A stretch of DNA of 64,000 bases from Hyaloraphidium curvatum SAG 235-1 (lineage: Eukaryota; Fungi; Monoblepharomycota): the NCBI GenBank assembly GCA_025558095.1, contig JAIVFI010000026.1, positions 551,045 to 615,044 of the forward strand. The letters run 5' to 3'. A program made the position numbers and the translations under genes. This document shows, piece by piece, positions 44,853 to 54,365 of the stretch. Within the stretch, counting starts at the first letter, position 1. The number at the start of each line of letters is the position of its first letter. The notes beneath the pieces are model-generated. The model saw nothing but the letters and a program-made list of their open reading frames with translations. It did not search any database and was not told the DNA's origin.

Positions 44853-46991
44853 ATGGACCCCCCTGACACAGGGCAGGGGCCCAATGATGCGGCCGCTCCC
44901 GTGGTCCTGCCTGATGGCAAGGTCTCCCCTGCGCTCGCCGCGGCCTCCTCGGAGGCGCTTGCGAATCCCGTCCACTCTTCCCACGCTCCCGGCGTCGCTG
45001 CCTCTCCTCGCCTCCCTGGCGCGGCAGAGGAGCCCGCGCCGGCCCCCGCTGGTGCTACGGCTCAGCTGACAGGTTCTAAGGAGGACGCTGCTGAATCGAC
45101 CACTGAAATCCGCCCCGCGTCCGCCAACGGCGGCGCCCGGGAGGAGCCGGCTCCGCAGAATCATCTCCCGAAAGCAACCGCCCCCGCCACGCGCCTGGGG
45201 TCTCGCTCTTTCGCCGCAGCAACGTCGCGCACCTCGCCCGACCGCCCGATTGTTCGTGTCACGGACGGCGCGATGGCGGAGCATCTGGCTTCTGCCATGC
45301 CTTTCTCGGCGCCCACCAACTACGCCAAGCTCATCGATCGGGTGCAACCGCACGCCAACGGTCGGGGCTACACGCCGGCCTTCATTGGGCCTGTCCCCCA
45401 CTGCCTCATCGACCTCAACGGTGTGCCAAAGGACCGACGGCGCGTCGTCGCCGAAGCCGTGGCGAAGGCGACCTTCCCCACCACCGTCTTCACGACCGAG
45501 ACGCGAGGCTACAACCCGCGTTACTCGCGACTGGACCTCTTCTGTGTTGTTGGTGCTGTCGACGGGGCAGACGCTATCAACGCCTTGGTGGAGCAGGGGG
45601 TGCTGGAGGTCAAGTTCCCAAACGGCCCGACGCGTCGGCTGCGCATCCACCCTGTCTTCAAGGACACGCACGCCGAGCTCAAGATCGGGCCCATGATCGT
45701 CCCTGGTTCGGTGCACGAGTGCCCGGACTGGTGGGCCCGCCTCTACGCGACTTTCCAGAACCACTATGGGGCCCCTTGCCAAGTCATTGAAGCGGCTCCC
45801 ATCTCGGGCACCGACAGCAACGCCTTCTGGCGGGTCACTTTCGACGTCTCGCAGTGCGGGGTTGATGCCTTCTTTGACCGCGCAGCACGCATTGGCCCAC
45901 CCTCGTACTGCTTCCTTGACTCGTGGGGGACACTCCTCCAGCACAAGCTCCTTCGCCCAGCTGTCCGCTATGACAGTAGCAACGGACAGTGCGGCCACTG
46001 CAAGCGCACGGGCGGCCACGTCGGTGACGATGCCACGTGCACCAACTGTGCTTACTGCCCAGACGGTCTCAACCGCATGAATCCCGGCGCCTTTGCCAGC
46101 CCGCAAGCACGCCGTGCGCACGAGGCGGACTGCATTCACAACCCGGCCAACGTACGGCTCTCTCCCCCAACGGTGGAGCCCGCCACGACCCCGCGGCTGC
46201 CCCCCCTGAGGGAAGAGGTCGTTCCTCCGCATCTGGCTTCCCCCACCGCCCCTGCGGCCAACGAGTGGCTTACAGCTGGGCCGTCCGGCAAGCGCGCAGG
46301 CTCTGCGCCCCCAGCTCTTGCCCAGCCAGTGGCCAAGGCGTCCCACAACAGGTTTTCGGCACTCGGTGGTGGTGGTGCCGGTGCTTCGGTCGATTGGGGG
46401 GAGTCTGACGCCGCCGAAAAGATGGATTTCCATGGTCTTCCCATTTTGGAGCCGGCTGACAAGGATGGGGACGAGGACATGGGTGGTGCCGACCAGCTGG
46501 CCGCTGAGAACGCCATCAGCAGTGCTGCACAGCAGGTTGCAGCCAATACCGCGCTGGAGGATCTGGAGCTTGCTGCTCCCGCAATGGAGGGCACGGAATC
46601 TGCGATGGAGGAGGATGCCACCGGCTCTGAGGCCTCGGGTGGAAACGACGCCGCCTCCGAAGCCTCTGCTGAGGGCGATGGTTCGAACTCGGAGGCACCA
46701 AGCGAAGACATGCACACGGCCGATGAGGCCGCTGGGGCATCCGCGGTTGGTGATCCTACGATGGCCCCAGGCCCCAAGCACGCAGGCAAGGGCCGTCCCG
46801 TGGAGGATGTGGCAGGGACAAACCCGGACAAGGTTGCCAAGCCGTATCAGCAAATCGACGTCAAATCCGCCAAAGCGGAACGGAAGGCCAAGGCGGCCGT
46901 TCGCAAGCTCGGCTCCCCCCAGGCCAAGGCCGCCTCCACGTCAACCGGATCCCTGCTGCCGGCTCCTGGCTCACCGTCCTTGAATGCCTAA
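44853..46991 (+). CDS. Retrotransposon ORF1 (gag-like, zinc knuckle)
   Basis: 712 aa; central globular region, then CGHCKRTGGH..C and CAYC..HEADC; acidic then basic disordered tail. Confidence 0.7.
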   Translation: MDPPDTGQGPNDAAAPVVLPDGKVSPALAAASSEALANPVHSSHAPGVAASPRLPGAAEEPAPAPAGATAQLTGSKEDAAESTTEIRPASANGGAREEPAPQNHLPKATAPATRLGSRSFAAATSRTSPDRPIVRVTDGAMAEHLASAMPFSAPTNYAKLIDRVQPHANGRGYTPAFIGPVPHCLIDLNGVPKDRRRVVAEAVAKATFPTTVFTTETRGYNPRYSRLDLFCVVGAVDGADAINALVEQGVLEVKFPNGPTRRLRIHPVFKDTHAELKIGPMIVPGSVHECPDWWARLYATFQNHYGAPCQVIEAAPISGTDSNAFWRVTFDVSQCGVDAFFDRAARIGPPSYCFLDSWGTLLQHKLLRPAVRYDSSNGQCGHCKRTGGHVGDDATCTNCAYCPDGLNRMNPGAFASPQARRAHEADCIHNPANVRLSPPTVEPATTPRLPPLREEVVPPHLASPTAPAANEWLTAGPSGKRAGSAPPALAQPVAKASHNRFSALGGGGAGASVDWGESDAAEKMDFHGLPILEPADKDGDEDMGGADQLAAENAISSAAQQVAANTALEDLELAAPAMEGTESAMEEDATGSEASGGNDAASEASAEGDGSNSEAPSEDMHTADEAAGASAVGDPTMAPGPKHAGKGRPVEDVAGTNPDKVAKPYQQIDVKSAKAERKAKAAVRKLGSPQAKAASTSTGSLLPAPGSPSLNA

Positions 46992-47835
46992 AACACCACC
47001 AAGCAAGTGGCAACGCCGAGTAGTGGGCTGCTCTTCTCGGCGCCGAGCTCGTCCGGATACCTCCCGGGCGCGGTCAGCCCCTCCATCTTTTGCTGTTTTG
47101 CAGTCTTCACCGGTACGCCAACTACCACTATCTACAACGTCTCACCGAGTTCCGAGGCCGTTCGCGGCAGCAGGGGAGACTTCCGACATTGACCCCGCGT
47201 CCCCCGGGGCCCCTCGGCCAAATGCCGTGCCTAGCTTGGCCGAGGGTCACACTCTGCCCACGCCGCCCCGCGGCTCCTCCCGCTTGCCGGCACCAGCGGG
47301 GGGGAAAGGGGCGGCATGCTCGGAAGTATCTCCCTCCTCGTCATCGCAGATCTTGATCGCTGATGCCCCGGCTTCGGCCGCTTCCATGCTCTCGGCGCAC
47401 CCAGGCCATCCTCCGTGGGAAACCCCAGCTGCAACCGCCGTGCCGAGCTTGCAGCTGCCGCCTGCGCCGCCCCGCACAACCCCCGGCACGCCGCCGGCAC
47501 CAACGGCCGGGGGGGGGCAGAGCTCCTCGGAAGTATCCACTCCGACGCGCACCTTGCCTCCTTGGTATGCTCACACGGAGCCCGGTTCGCCGGCGCACCT
47601 CGAATGGCCAGGTTCCGAGCTCCTCGATGACGGCGGCCGTGATGCTATCGGTGACGCGTGGTCGGCGCTTGCGGCCTGGCACAGGGCGGGGGGCGACCTG
47701 ACCGAGTCACAGGAGGTTTGGATGCGGACACATGCGCTCGACGATTGGGAGATCTCGTCGGACAAGGCACCGTCCGCGGTAGCTGATCCTGGCGGCGGGA
47801 CACCGGCATCGCCGCCGCCACCGTATTCGCCATGA
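46984..47835 (+). CDS. Middle ORF of the retroelement (283 aa, P/S/A-rich, Trp-rich C-terminus)
   Basis: Its ATG sits just before the ORF1 stop (ATGCCTAA), and its stop overlaps the RT start (ATGA). Confidence 0.4.
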   Translation: MPKTPPSKWQRRVVGCSSRRRARPDTSRARSAPPSFAVLQSSPVRQLPLSTTSHRVPRPFAAAGETSDIDPASPGAPRPNAVPSLAEGHTLPTPPRGSSRLPAPAGGKGAACSEVSPSSSSQILIADAPASAASMLSAHPGHPPWETPAATAVPSLQLPPAPPRTTPGTPPAPTAGGGQSSSEVSTPTRTLPPWYAHTEPGSPAHLEWPGSELLDDGGRDAIGDAWSALAAWHRAGGDLTESQEVWMRTHALDDWEISSDKAPSAVADPGGGTPASPPPPYSP

Positions 47836-50800
47836 GCCGCACGCCGCTCCTGCCTTACAGCTGCCACCGCTGCGCGGCAGCTTTCGCCAACATCGGAGCT
47901 CTATCTCATCATCACCAATCTTGCATCGACGGCGATGTGCCGATGGCGGAGGCGCCTGCTGAACCCGGCCTCCATGCGTGCCCGGTTGATGGTTGCCGCT
48001 TCCAGCCAACTCCAAACAAAAACAAACGGGACGGTCATCTTCGGGTCACACGGAGCCCGGAGCACTGGTTGGCGATGCAGCGCCTGTCTGCCGATGCGTT
48101 GCGCGCCATGGGGCTAGCGCGGTGCGGGGGTTGCCGGCGTCCCTACGCCGCAAACGCCTCTGGTGCCGGTGTTTCTGGACAGCACACCTCGTGCAACCCG
48201 GACGCAGCTAACCCGCCACTCGGCGTCTCTTTAGCTTCGCTTCCACCCGATCTCGTCGAGTTCCTCGACCGCGTGCGTGCCGAGCGGGCGGCTGCCACGG
48301 GACGCGCGGAGGGACCGGCGTCACCAGCGGCATCGTCGGCATCTCCCCGTGCTTCGCCACCCGCGCCCGCGCTGATGGCGGCCCTTGCGGCCGCCCGGGT
48401 TGCGGCCGACGCCCCGCAGGACGGCCAGGCGCAACGGGCGGCGCTGGCGGCGGCGGCGGCGGCGGCGCGTGCCGCCCCGGACGGCGGTGATCCCCCAGGC
48501 GGCGACGGCGCGCCGGGCGGCAACGCCGCGGCTGGCGGGCACGGCAACGGCGGTGATCCGGGCGACCCGGGCGACGGTGGTCCACCCGGGGGTCCCGGGC
48601 CTGATCCGCCGCCGGGCGGGGGCGCGGGGGCGCCGCCGCCGGAGCCGCTGAAGCACCGCTACCGGACCACCACCTGGAGCACGCTCGCCTTCCGGGCCAG
48701 CGAGTCTTTCCAACGGGCCTACGAGGACCCGGCGGCACCGGAAACCGACCTGCACCGCACTCTCACCGCCTACCTTGCGTTTGGCGGCTACGTCATGTCG
48801 GGGGACTACATGTACGAGCAGAACTACTTCGCCGCCCGTCAGGTCAACCGGGGCGCGCGGCGGGACGGGCTGCGGCCGCTCAACTACCAGCTCTTCAAGT
48901 CCATCGTGCTTGCCGCCTTGAAGGGCGCTCCTGGTGCTGCGTCCGCGGCCCTCTCGGGGGAGGCCGTTCCGGCTGGCTTCACGCCCACGCTTCAGGCGGA
49001 ACTGGAGGAGCTGTACCCGGGGCTGCGGGAGGGAGAGCCGCTGTGTCGGCTGTCTCTGCCCCCCAACGCGCCCGCGCCCTGCCCTGCCTACACGGACGCG
49101 GCTTTCCTGGAGGACATCTGGGCCCGGTTGCGCCGGAAGAAGGACGGCGTGGGGGCCGGCATGTCGGGTTTCAGCATGGCCAAACTTTTCATCGTGCACA
49201 ACTGCGAGAACGACGCGACGCGGCGGAAGCTCCGCCCGCTGGCGGCCATGGTGCATGGCGTGTGCACTGGCCGACTCGACACCCCCATGCTCCGGCCGCT
49301 CCTCACGGATCAAATCCTCGTCCCTCTGCTCAAGCCGGAGGGGGGGCTCCGGCCGATTGGCATTATGGAGGGCATCACGCGGCTCGCGGGCTCGTACCTG
49401 GCCGTGCGGCACAAGGCTCTTCTGAGGAAGCTCCAACAGCAGGAGGACCTGGGTCACGGGGTGGACGGGGGCGCGGAGGCGACCGCCCACGCGGTGAACG
49501 CGTGGCTGGCGGCCTTCCCCGACCACGTCGTCATGAAGGTCGACTCTAGGAACGCCTTCAATACGCTGCGCCGCCTCTTCGCGCGCGAGGTGGTCCGCCA
49601 GGTGCCTCAGCTTATCCCGTACTACAACCTCGTTTACTCGCGCCCTTCCCACGCCTACTTCCGCGACCGGCGCTCGGCGGAGCTCCTTTTCCGGATCACC
49701 ATGTACGAGGGCAACATCCAGGGCGACCCGCTGTCGTCTGCCATCTTCTCCTGCGCCATGAGCCGCATGCTGCGGCCCATCCGCTCTGGGCACCCCGACT
49801 GCCTCATCCTTGGGTACCTCGACGACCTCACCGTGGTCGGGCCGCTGGACTCGGTCATGGCCGTCCTGGGAGAGGTGCGTGACGGCCTTTCTTCCCTCGG
49901 CATGACCCACCGCCCGGACAAGAGCTACCTGCTTTCGCTCTCGACGAACCCGGCCGTGCTGGAGCGGGTGCGCGCGGCCGGTGCGGCCCACAACATCCGC
50001 GTCGCTGGCTTCCCGCCTCACGAGGCCGACCCCGAGGTGCATGCCACGGCGTCGGCCCCGGGCTCGCCTGACTTCGCTCGCTCGTGCGGCCTCAAGGTGG
50101 TAGGTGCCCCGGTCGGCACCCCTGCCTATGTGGAGTCGTTCCTCGCGGCCAAGATCGACTCCATTGCCGCTCTTCTCGATGAAATCGAGCGCGCCGCGCT
50201 CGGCTACGCCATGCCGGCCGACATCCCCTCCCTCCAGGGCCTGTACTCCCTCCTCCGTCTCTGTGTGACCCAGCTCTTCTCGTTTTGGCTCCGCATTCTC
50301 CCCCCCTCGGTTACCCAACCCTTTGCTCGACGTCTTGACAACGCGCTTTTCACCACCTTCTTGCGCTTGCTGGGAGATCGGGCCGAGGCTCTGGATCCGC
50401 TGTCGGTGGAGGGTCGGACTGTGCGGGAGCAGGTATTCTTGGGTCTGCACTACTCGGGGATGGGGCTTCTGTCATCGGAGAAGGTGGCCTCGGCGGCTTA
50501 CCTGTCTTCACTCAACCTCACGGCGGGCCCCTTGGACGCCATGCTTGGTCTTCGAACCTCGGCCCGGGGTGTGGGCGTGGAGCACGTGCGGGAACTGGTT
50601 CCCGTCATCGAGGCCCTCCGCCCCGCCTTTGAGCGTGTCGAGGATGACACGGCCGCAGCGTACGCCGAGGCTGCGCGTGCTGGGCAACCGGTGGGCGCCG
50701 CGCCCGCCCGCCGTACGCTCCCTGCGGACGCCAGTTTCTTCGCTCAGCCGGTCTGGCACGGCCTGCAGAGCGACCTTACGCGTCTCGAGGACCAGCGCCG

Positions 50801-51422
50801 CCTCGCGGCTCTGATTGCCTTGCAACCCGACACTTCCGCTGGTCTGGAGCGCCGCAAGCGGCTCGTCCAGGCGCAGGACGGCCTGTCGGCTTTCCTGACT
50901 GCCTCTCCCGCGCTGCTTGCCAACCACATTCGCAACAACTTTTTCCGCTTACTTGTCCGCTTCCGGCTTTGCCTCCCGCTCCTGCACGAGGCCGACTACC
51001 CTGGTCTTTCCTTGCCCTGCCGGCGGGGCTGCAAGCGATCGGCCATGTCGCTGACGGGGGAGCACGCGTTCTCGGGCTGCTATGGCCGGGATCTCTTCAG
51101 TCCTGGTCACGACGACATTTGCGCGGCCATCCGCGCGGCGCTTCGCTCCATCCCGCTCCTCCGCGTGCACCCCATGCCGCCAAACCTCCTTGCGCATGGC
51201 TACGAGACTGTCACCCCGCCCACGCCTGCGGATGCTGGCCGCCTTGGCGACGTTCTCATCACGCACCGCGAAACCCGGAAACGGTGGTTGCTCGAAATCA
51301 AGACCCTCACCTCTATGGCCCATTTGCACGCGGGCCTGGTCTTCTCGGTCCCGTTCTTCATACACTGCTATCTTCCCCGCCCCGCCCCCCCGCCCCGCCG
51401 CTCGCACATGATCGCCCGTTGA
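47832..51422 (+). CDS. Reverse transcriptase with N-terminal zinc fingers, CCHC motif and partial restriction-like endonuclease
   Basis: CHRC..HHQSC, CPVDGC..H; GLRPIGI, GGAE, VDSRNAFN, QGDPLS, GYLDD, GAPVG; CRRGC..HAFSGC, HDD, RLGDVLI..LLEIK. Confidence 0.92.
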   Translation: MSRTPLLPYSCHRCAAAFANIGALSHHHQSCIDGDVPMAEAPAEPGLHACPVDGCRFQPTPNKNKRDGHLRVTRSPEHWLAMQRLSADALRAMGLARCGGCRRPYAANASGAGVSGQHTSCNPDAANPPLGVSLASLPPDLVEFLDRVRAERAAATGRAEGPASPAASSASPRASPPAPALMAALAAARVAADAPQDGQAQRAALAAAAAAARAAPDGGDPPGGDGAPGGNAAAGGHGNGGDPGDPGDGGPPGGPGPDPPPGGGAGAPPPEPLKHRYRTTTWSTLAFRASESFQRAYEDPAAPETDLHRTLTAYLAFGGYVMSGDYMYEQNYFAARQVNRGARRDGLRPLNYQLFKSIVLAALKGAPGAASAALSGEAVPAGFTPTLQAELEELYPGLREGEPLCRLSLPPNAPAPCPAYTDAAFLEDIWARLRRKKDGVGAGMSGFSMAKLFIVHNCENDATRRKLRPLAAMVHGVCTGRLDTPMLRPLLTDQILVPLLKPEGGLRPIGIMEGITRLAGSYLAVRHKALLRKLQQQEDLGHGVDGGAEATAHAVNAWLAAFPDHVVMKVDSRNAFNTLRRLFAREVVRQVPQLIPYYNLVYSRPSHAYFRDRRSAELLFRITMYEGNIQGDPLSSAIFSCAMSRMLRPIRSGHPDCLILGYLDDLTVVGPLDSVMAVLGEVRDGLSSLGMTHRPDKSYLLSLSTNPAVLERVRAAGAAHNIRVAGFPPHEADPEVHATASAPGSPDFARSCGLKVVGAPVGTPAYVESFLAAKIDSIAALLDEIERAALGYAMPADIPSLQGLYSLLRLCVTQLFSFWLRILPPSVTQPFARRLDNALFTTFLRLLGDRAEALDPLSVEGRTVREQVFLGLHYSGMGLLSSEKVASAAYLSSLNLTAGPLDAMLGLRTSARGVGVEHVRELVPVIEALRPAFERVEDDTAAAYAEAARAGQPVGAAPARRTLPADASFFAQPVWHGLQSDLTRLEDQRRLAALIALQPDTSAGLERRKRLVQAQDGLSAFLTASPALLANHIRNNFFRLLVRFRLCLPLLHEADYPGLSLPCRRGCKRSAMSLTGEHAFSGCYGRDLFSPGHDDICAAIRAALRSIPLLRVHPMPPNLLAHGYETVTPPTPADAGRLGDVLITHRETRKRWLLEIKTLTSMAHLHAGLVFSVPFFIHCYLPRPAPPPRRSHMIAR

Positions 51423-51432
51423 GCCCCGCTCA

Positions 51433-51794
51433 CTATCCCCGCACTATCGTGGCCCGGCGAGCGACCGGAGCCCGACGTCCTCCCCCGCCGCCCGCCCGCG
51501 CGCCGTACGCCGCCTCCAACAGCTTCCCCAGCGCCGCCGCCCCGTCCTCGAACGCCCGCTCGCCTACCCCGTCCCTGCCGTGCGCCCCGTCCAACTCCGC
51601 GCCCGCGACCCGAGCCCGTGCTGCGACCCGGCGGGCGAACTCGAGCTGCGGTGGGACAGGGGTGCGTGGGAATCGCCCGGCCAGGGCACCCAAGACCGAG
51701 AAGGAGGTCTGCACGTCCTCGGCGAGGCCGGACGTGACGGGGTCCAGGGGAGAGGAGGGTGAGGAGCCGCCGACGAGTCGGTGGTAAAGGAATA
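51433..51794 (-). pseudogene. Orphan 3' fragment of a host-like gene
   Basis: Host-like codon usage (LAEDVQTSFSVLGALAGRF..IVRG*); cut at an LTR-like end; no matching 5' part in the window. Confidence 0.45.
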
Positions 51795-52178
51795 TGTTGA
51801 TCAAAGTGACGCGGGCCAGAGAGCCCACTAGGGGGGCGGCGGGATAGAGCCGCGGGTTCAGGCCGACACCCTCAGAGCGCGGTGCGAGGCGTCGATCCGG
51901 TCGCCACCCGACGCTCCATCTCCTCCCCCGGCAGCGGCGCCTTCCCGTGCCGATCTTCCCCACTCTCTCTCTGAGGGTCCTTCCCGGCATCAACGCGATA
52001 CGGAGCGTCGGCGGGGCACCCTCAGAGCGCGGTGCGAGGCGTCGATCTGTCAGGACGGGGCGCGGGGGACCCGTAAAGACCTGTGTTGACGACGTTGAGG
52101 AGTCACTACACAGCACTGCGCCAAGTCTTCCCTCGCCGGGGACCACCGTCCCCCTTGCCCCGACGCCGGCGCGTTACA
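51795..52178 (-). repeat. 3' LTR of the Gypsy remnant (alternative inner end at 52048); includes a 31-bp direct repeat
   Basis: On the minus strand a G-run polypurine tract and TGA precede TGTAACG; it ends ..CCTGACA (52048) or ..ATCAACA (51795); CACCCTCAGAGCGCGGTGCGAGGCGTCGATC occurs at 51867 and 52017. Confidence 0.6.
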
Positions 52179-53867
52179 TCACCCCCCCCCAACCGCCGCG
52201 TAGGACCCGGCTTGTCCGGAAAGCGGCGGTGAAAGTCGGCAACGGCGTCGGGGGCGTGCTGGAGGTGCTCCCACGGTTCCCATGAGCGCTCCGATAGAGG
52301 AAAGTCCTTCCAGTCCACCAAGTACTGCAAGTGATTGCGGAATCGGCGGGAATCCAGGATCTGGTTAACCTCGTACTCGGGTTCGCCGTCAATGATGTCC
52401 GGGGGTGGAGTCTCTGCGACGCGGCCGGGAAAATCGGCGGTGTCCGAGGGAGTATAGGGTTCGAGAAGCGAGACGTGAAAAACGTCATGAATGCCCATCG
52501 TGGGCGGAAGATCCAATCGAAACGCAACGGGATTGATCTGCTCCTTAATGCGGTAGGGCCCGAGGTAGCGAACGTCGAGCTTGCGAGACGGTCGACGCGT
52601 ACGAATATTGTGCGCCGATAGCCAAGCACGGTCGCCGACGCGGAAAACGGGAGCATCCTCACGACTGACGTCTGCGGAGTCTTTGTAGCGTTCCTGGGCC
52701 CGCTGGAGGTTCTCGCGAAGGACGTCGTGGAGGGCGCGAAGCTCCCTGATGCGTTCCTCGGCGGCGGGAACGCGCGGCGCGTCGGGTGCTAAAAAGTCGG
52801 CTCGCGGGTCGTAACCGTAGTTGGCGCGGAAAGGCGACATGCCAATGCTGGCGTGCACCGAGTTGTTGTACGCGAACTCGGCGAGCGGGAGCTGATTGAA
52901 CCAGTCGTCCTGGGCGTAATTGACGTAGGTGCGGAGGTACTGCTCCAAAATCTGATTGATGCGCTCCGTCTGGCCGTCCGACTCGGGGTGCGCGGCCGAG
53001 GAGCGGTAAAGCTTGATGTCCATGAGTCCAAGAAGCCTTTCCCAGAATTGGGCGATGAATTGCGGTCCGCGGTCGCTGACGATGTCGAAGGGGAAGCCGT
53101 GGAGGCGGAATATTTCGCGAAGGAAGAGCCGAGCGGTGTCGTCGGCGGAGAAGTCCTTCCGCGCGCCAGCGAAATGAGCCTGCTTGGTCGACCGATAGGC
53201 CACGACGAGCACGGCGTCGAATCCCTCGGACTGGGGCAGGTCCGTGACGAAGTCCATACTGATCGAACGCCAAGGTCCGTCCGGGATTGGAAGTGGCTGG
53301 AGAAGGCCGTGCGGGGCATGGCGCGGGGCCTTGGTTCGCGTGCACGTCTCGCAGCTCCGAATGTAGCGGGCGACGGTGTCCCAAACACGCGGCCACCAAA
53401 AATCTCGCACTATGAGCTCCACAGTCTTGCGAATTCCGAAGTGGCCGGCAGTAACGGCATCGTGACGGGTTCGGAGAAGCTCCGTCCGAGACTTGCCGAC
53501 CGGCACGAAGATGAGACCGTCGCGGTAGAGAACGCCATCAAGAAGATGGAAACGAGAAACGGACGCGTCGTGAGCCTCCAGAAGAGCGATAATGCGACGG
53601 GCGAATGGGTCCTTGGCCGTATCGCGACGGATCATGTCCAGGAAATCCAACGAAGTCGCGTGGAGCGCGGCAACCAGGTGCGGCCCGAGGAGCGTGACGC
53701 GCTGTTGCGTAGAGACATCGTCGAAGTTGCCCGGAACGTAGTCGGAGCGGCGAGAAAGCGCGTCGGCGACGACTTGATCGGTGCCGGGTCGATGCTTCAA
53801 AACAAAGTCGTAGCCCGCGAGGGTCATGGCCCATCGAGCCTGACGGCGATTGAGCATCTGCTGCTTC
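52106..53867 (-). mobile_element. Ty3/Gypsy chromovirus pol remnant: RNase H end, integrase and chromodomain
   Basis: LNRRQARW, VADALSR, HHCC motif (H..GHFG..CETC), DFVTDLP / SDRG / DGQTER DDE triad, GPY, EYEV..YLVDWK..SWEP; gag, protease and RT absent. Confidence 0.95.
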
Positions 53868-54166
53868 TGTCAGGAGAGGTCGTGGGAGACCAGTCCTGGC
53901 CTGCGGGGCACGGAGAACGGGAGCACGGAGTACAAGGGCTTGTAACTCTATCCGAACGTTCGGGGAATACATGTGGAGATCTATGGGTTTATATAGTCCG
54001 AGCCGTGCAAGTTGAGGCGCAGTCCGGATCGAACTTGCGAGAAGCCGACTGTAATGAGGAGCTAGCAATCCCACCGTACACTTAGAAATCCCCCTACGCC
54101 CCAAGAATCAGCTCCTCATCTACATTCAAACCAAATGCGACCGGCGCGGGGGCCGGAGCGTTGACA
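53868..54166 (-). mobile_element. 299-bp solo-LTR-like unit of a different family, interrupting Gypsy pol
   Basis: TGTCA..TGACA inverted termini; TATATAAA on the minus strand near 53990; lower GC; flanks GCTTC/GCGGC do not form a TSD. Confidence 0.65.
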
Positions 54167-54209
54167 GCGGCGGCTTCGGTGCACAGCTGAAGCCAGTGTT
54201 GGAGTTGGG

Positions 54210-54222
54210 CATCAGACATTGG
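54210..54222 (+). repeat. Right copy of 13-bp direct repeat CATCAGACATTGG
   Basis: Exact match to 44823-44835. Confidence 0.7.
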
Positions 54223-54365
54223 AAAAGGTGTTTCAGCCCGCGCAGACCGGTTGGCGCACTGCACGAAAAGGACGTTCCGGTCGATACTCGAAAAGGACGT
54301 TCAAATTGGACGGCGCGATTTTGAGCCCATTTTGTCTATCTCGGCCCACCTTCGGACGACCCGGA

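Larger units (their letters stand above)
44836..51340 (+). mobile_element. CRE-clade-like non-LTR retrotransposon (RLE type), three ORFs, apparently 3'-truncated
   Basis: Gag-like ORF1, a middle ORF, and a ZnF-RT-CCHC-RLE ORF, all on one strand and intronless. Confidence 0.85.

Noticed and set aside
44823-44860. Telomere-repeat-targeted insertion as in Cnl1 or MoTeR
   Set aside because: No TTAGG array at either boundary; only a weak GTTGGAGTTGGG near 54198-54209
51867-52047. CRISPR-like 31-bp repeats
   Set aside because: Only two copies, 119 bp apart, inside an LTR-like region
51795-54166. Intact LTR retrotransposon with paired LTRs
   Set aside because: The flanking LTR-like units differ in sequence, there is no TSD, and gag, protease and RT are missing
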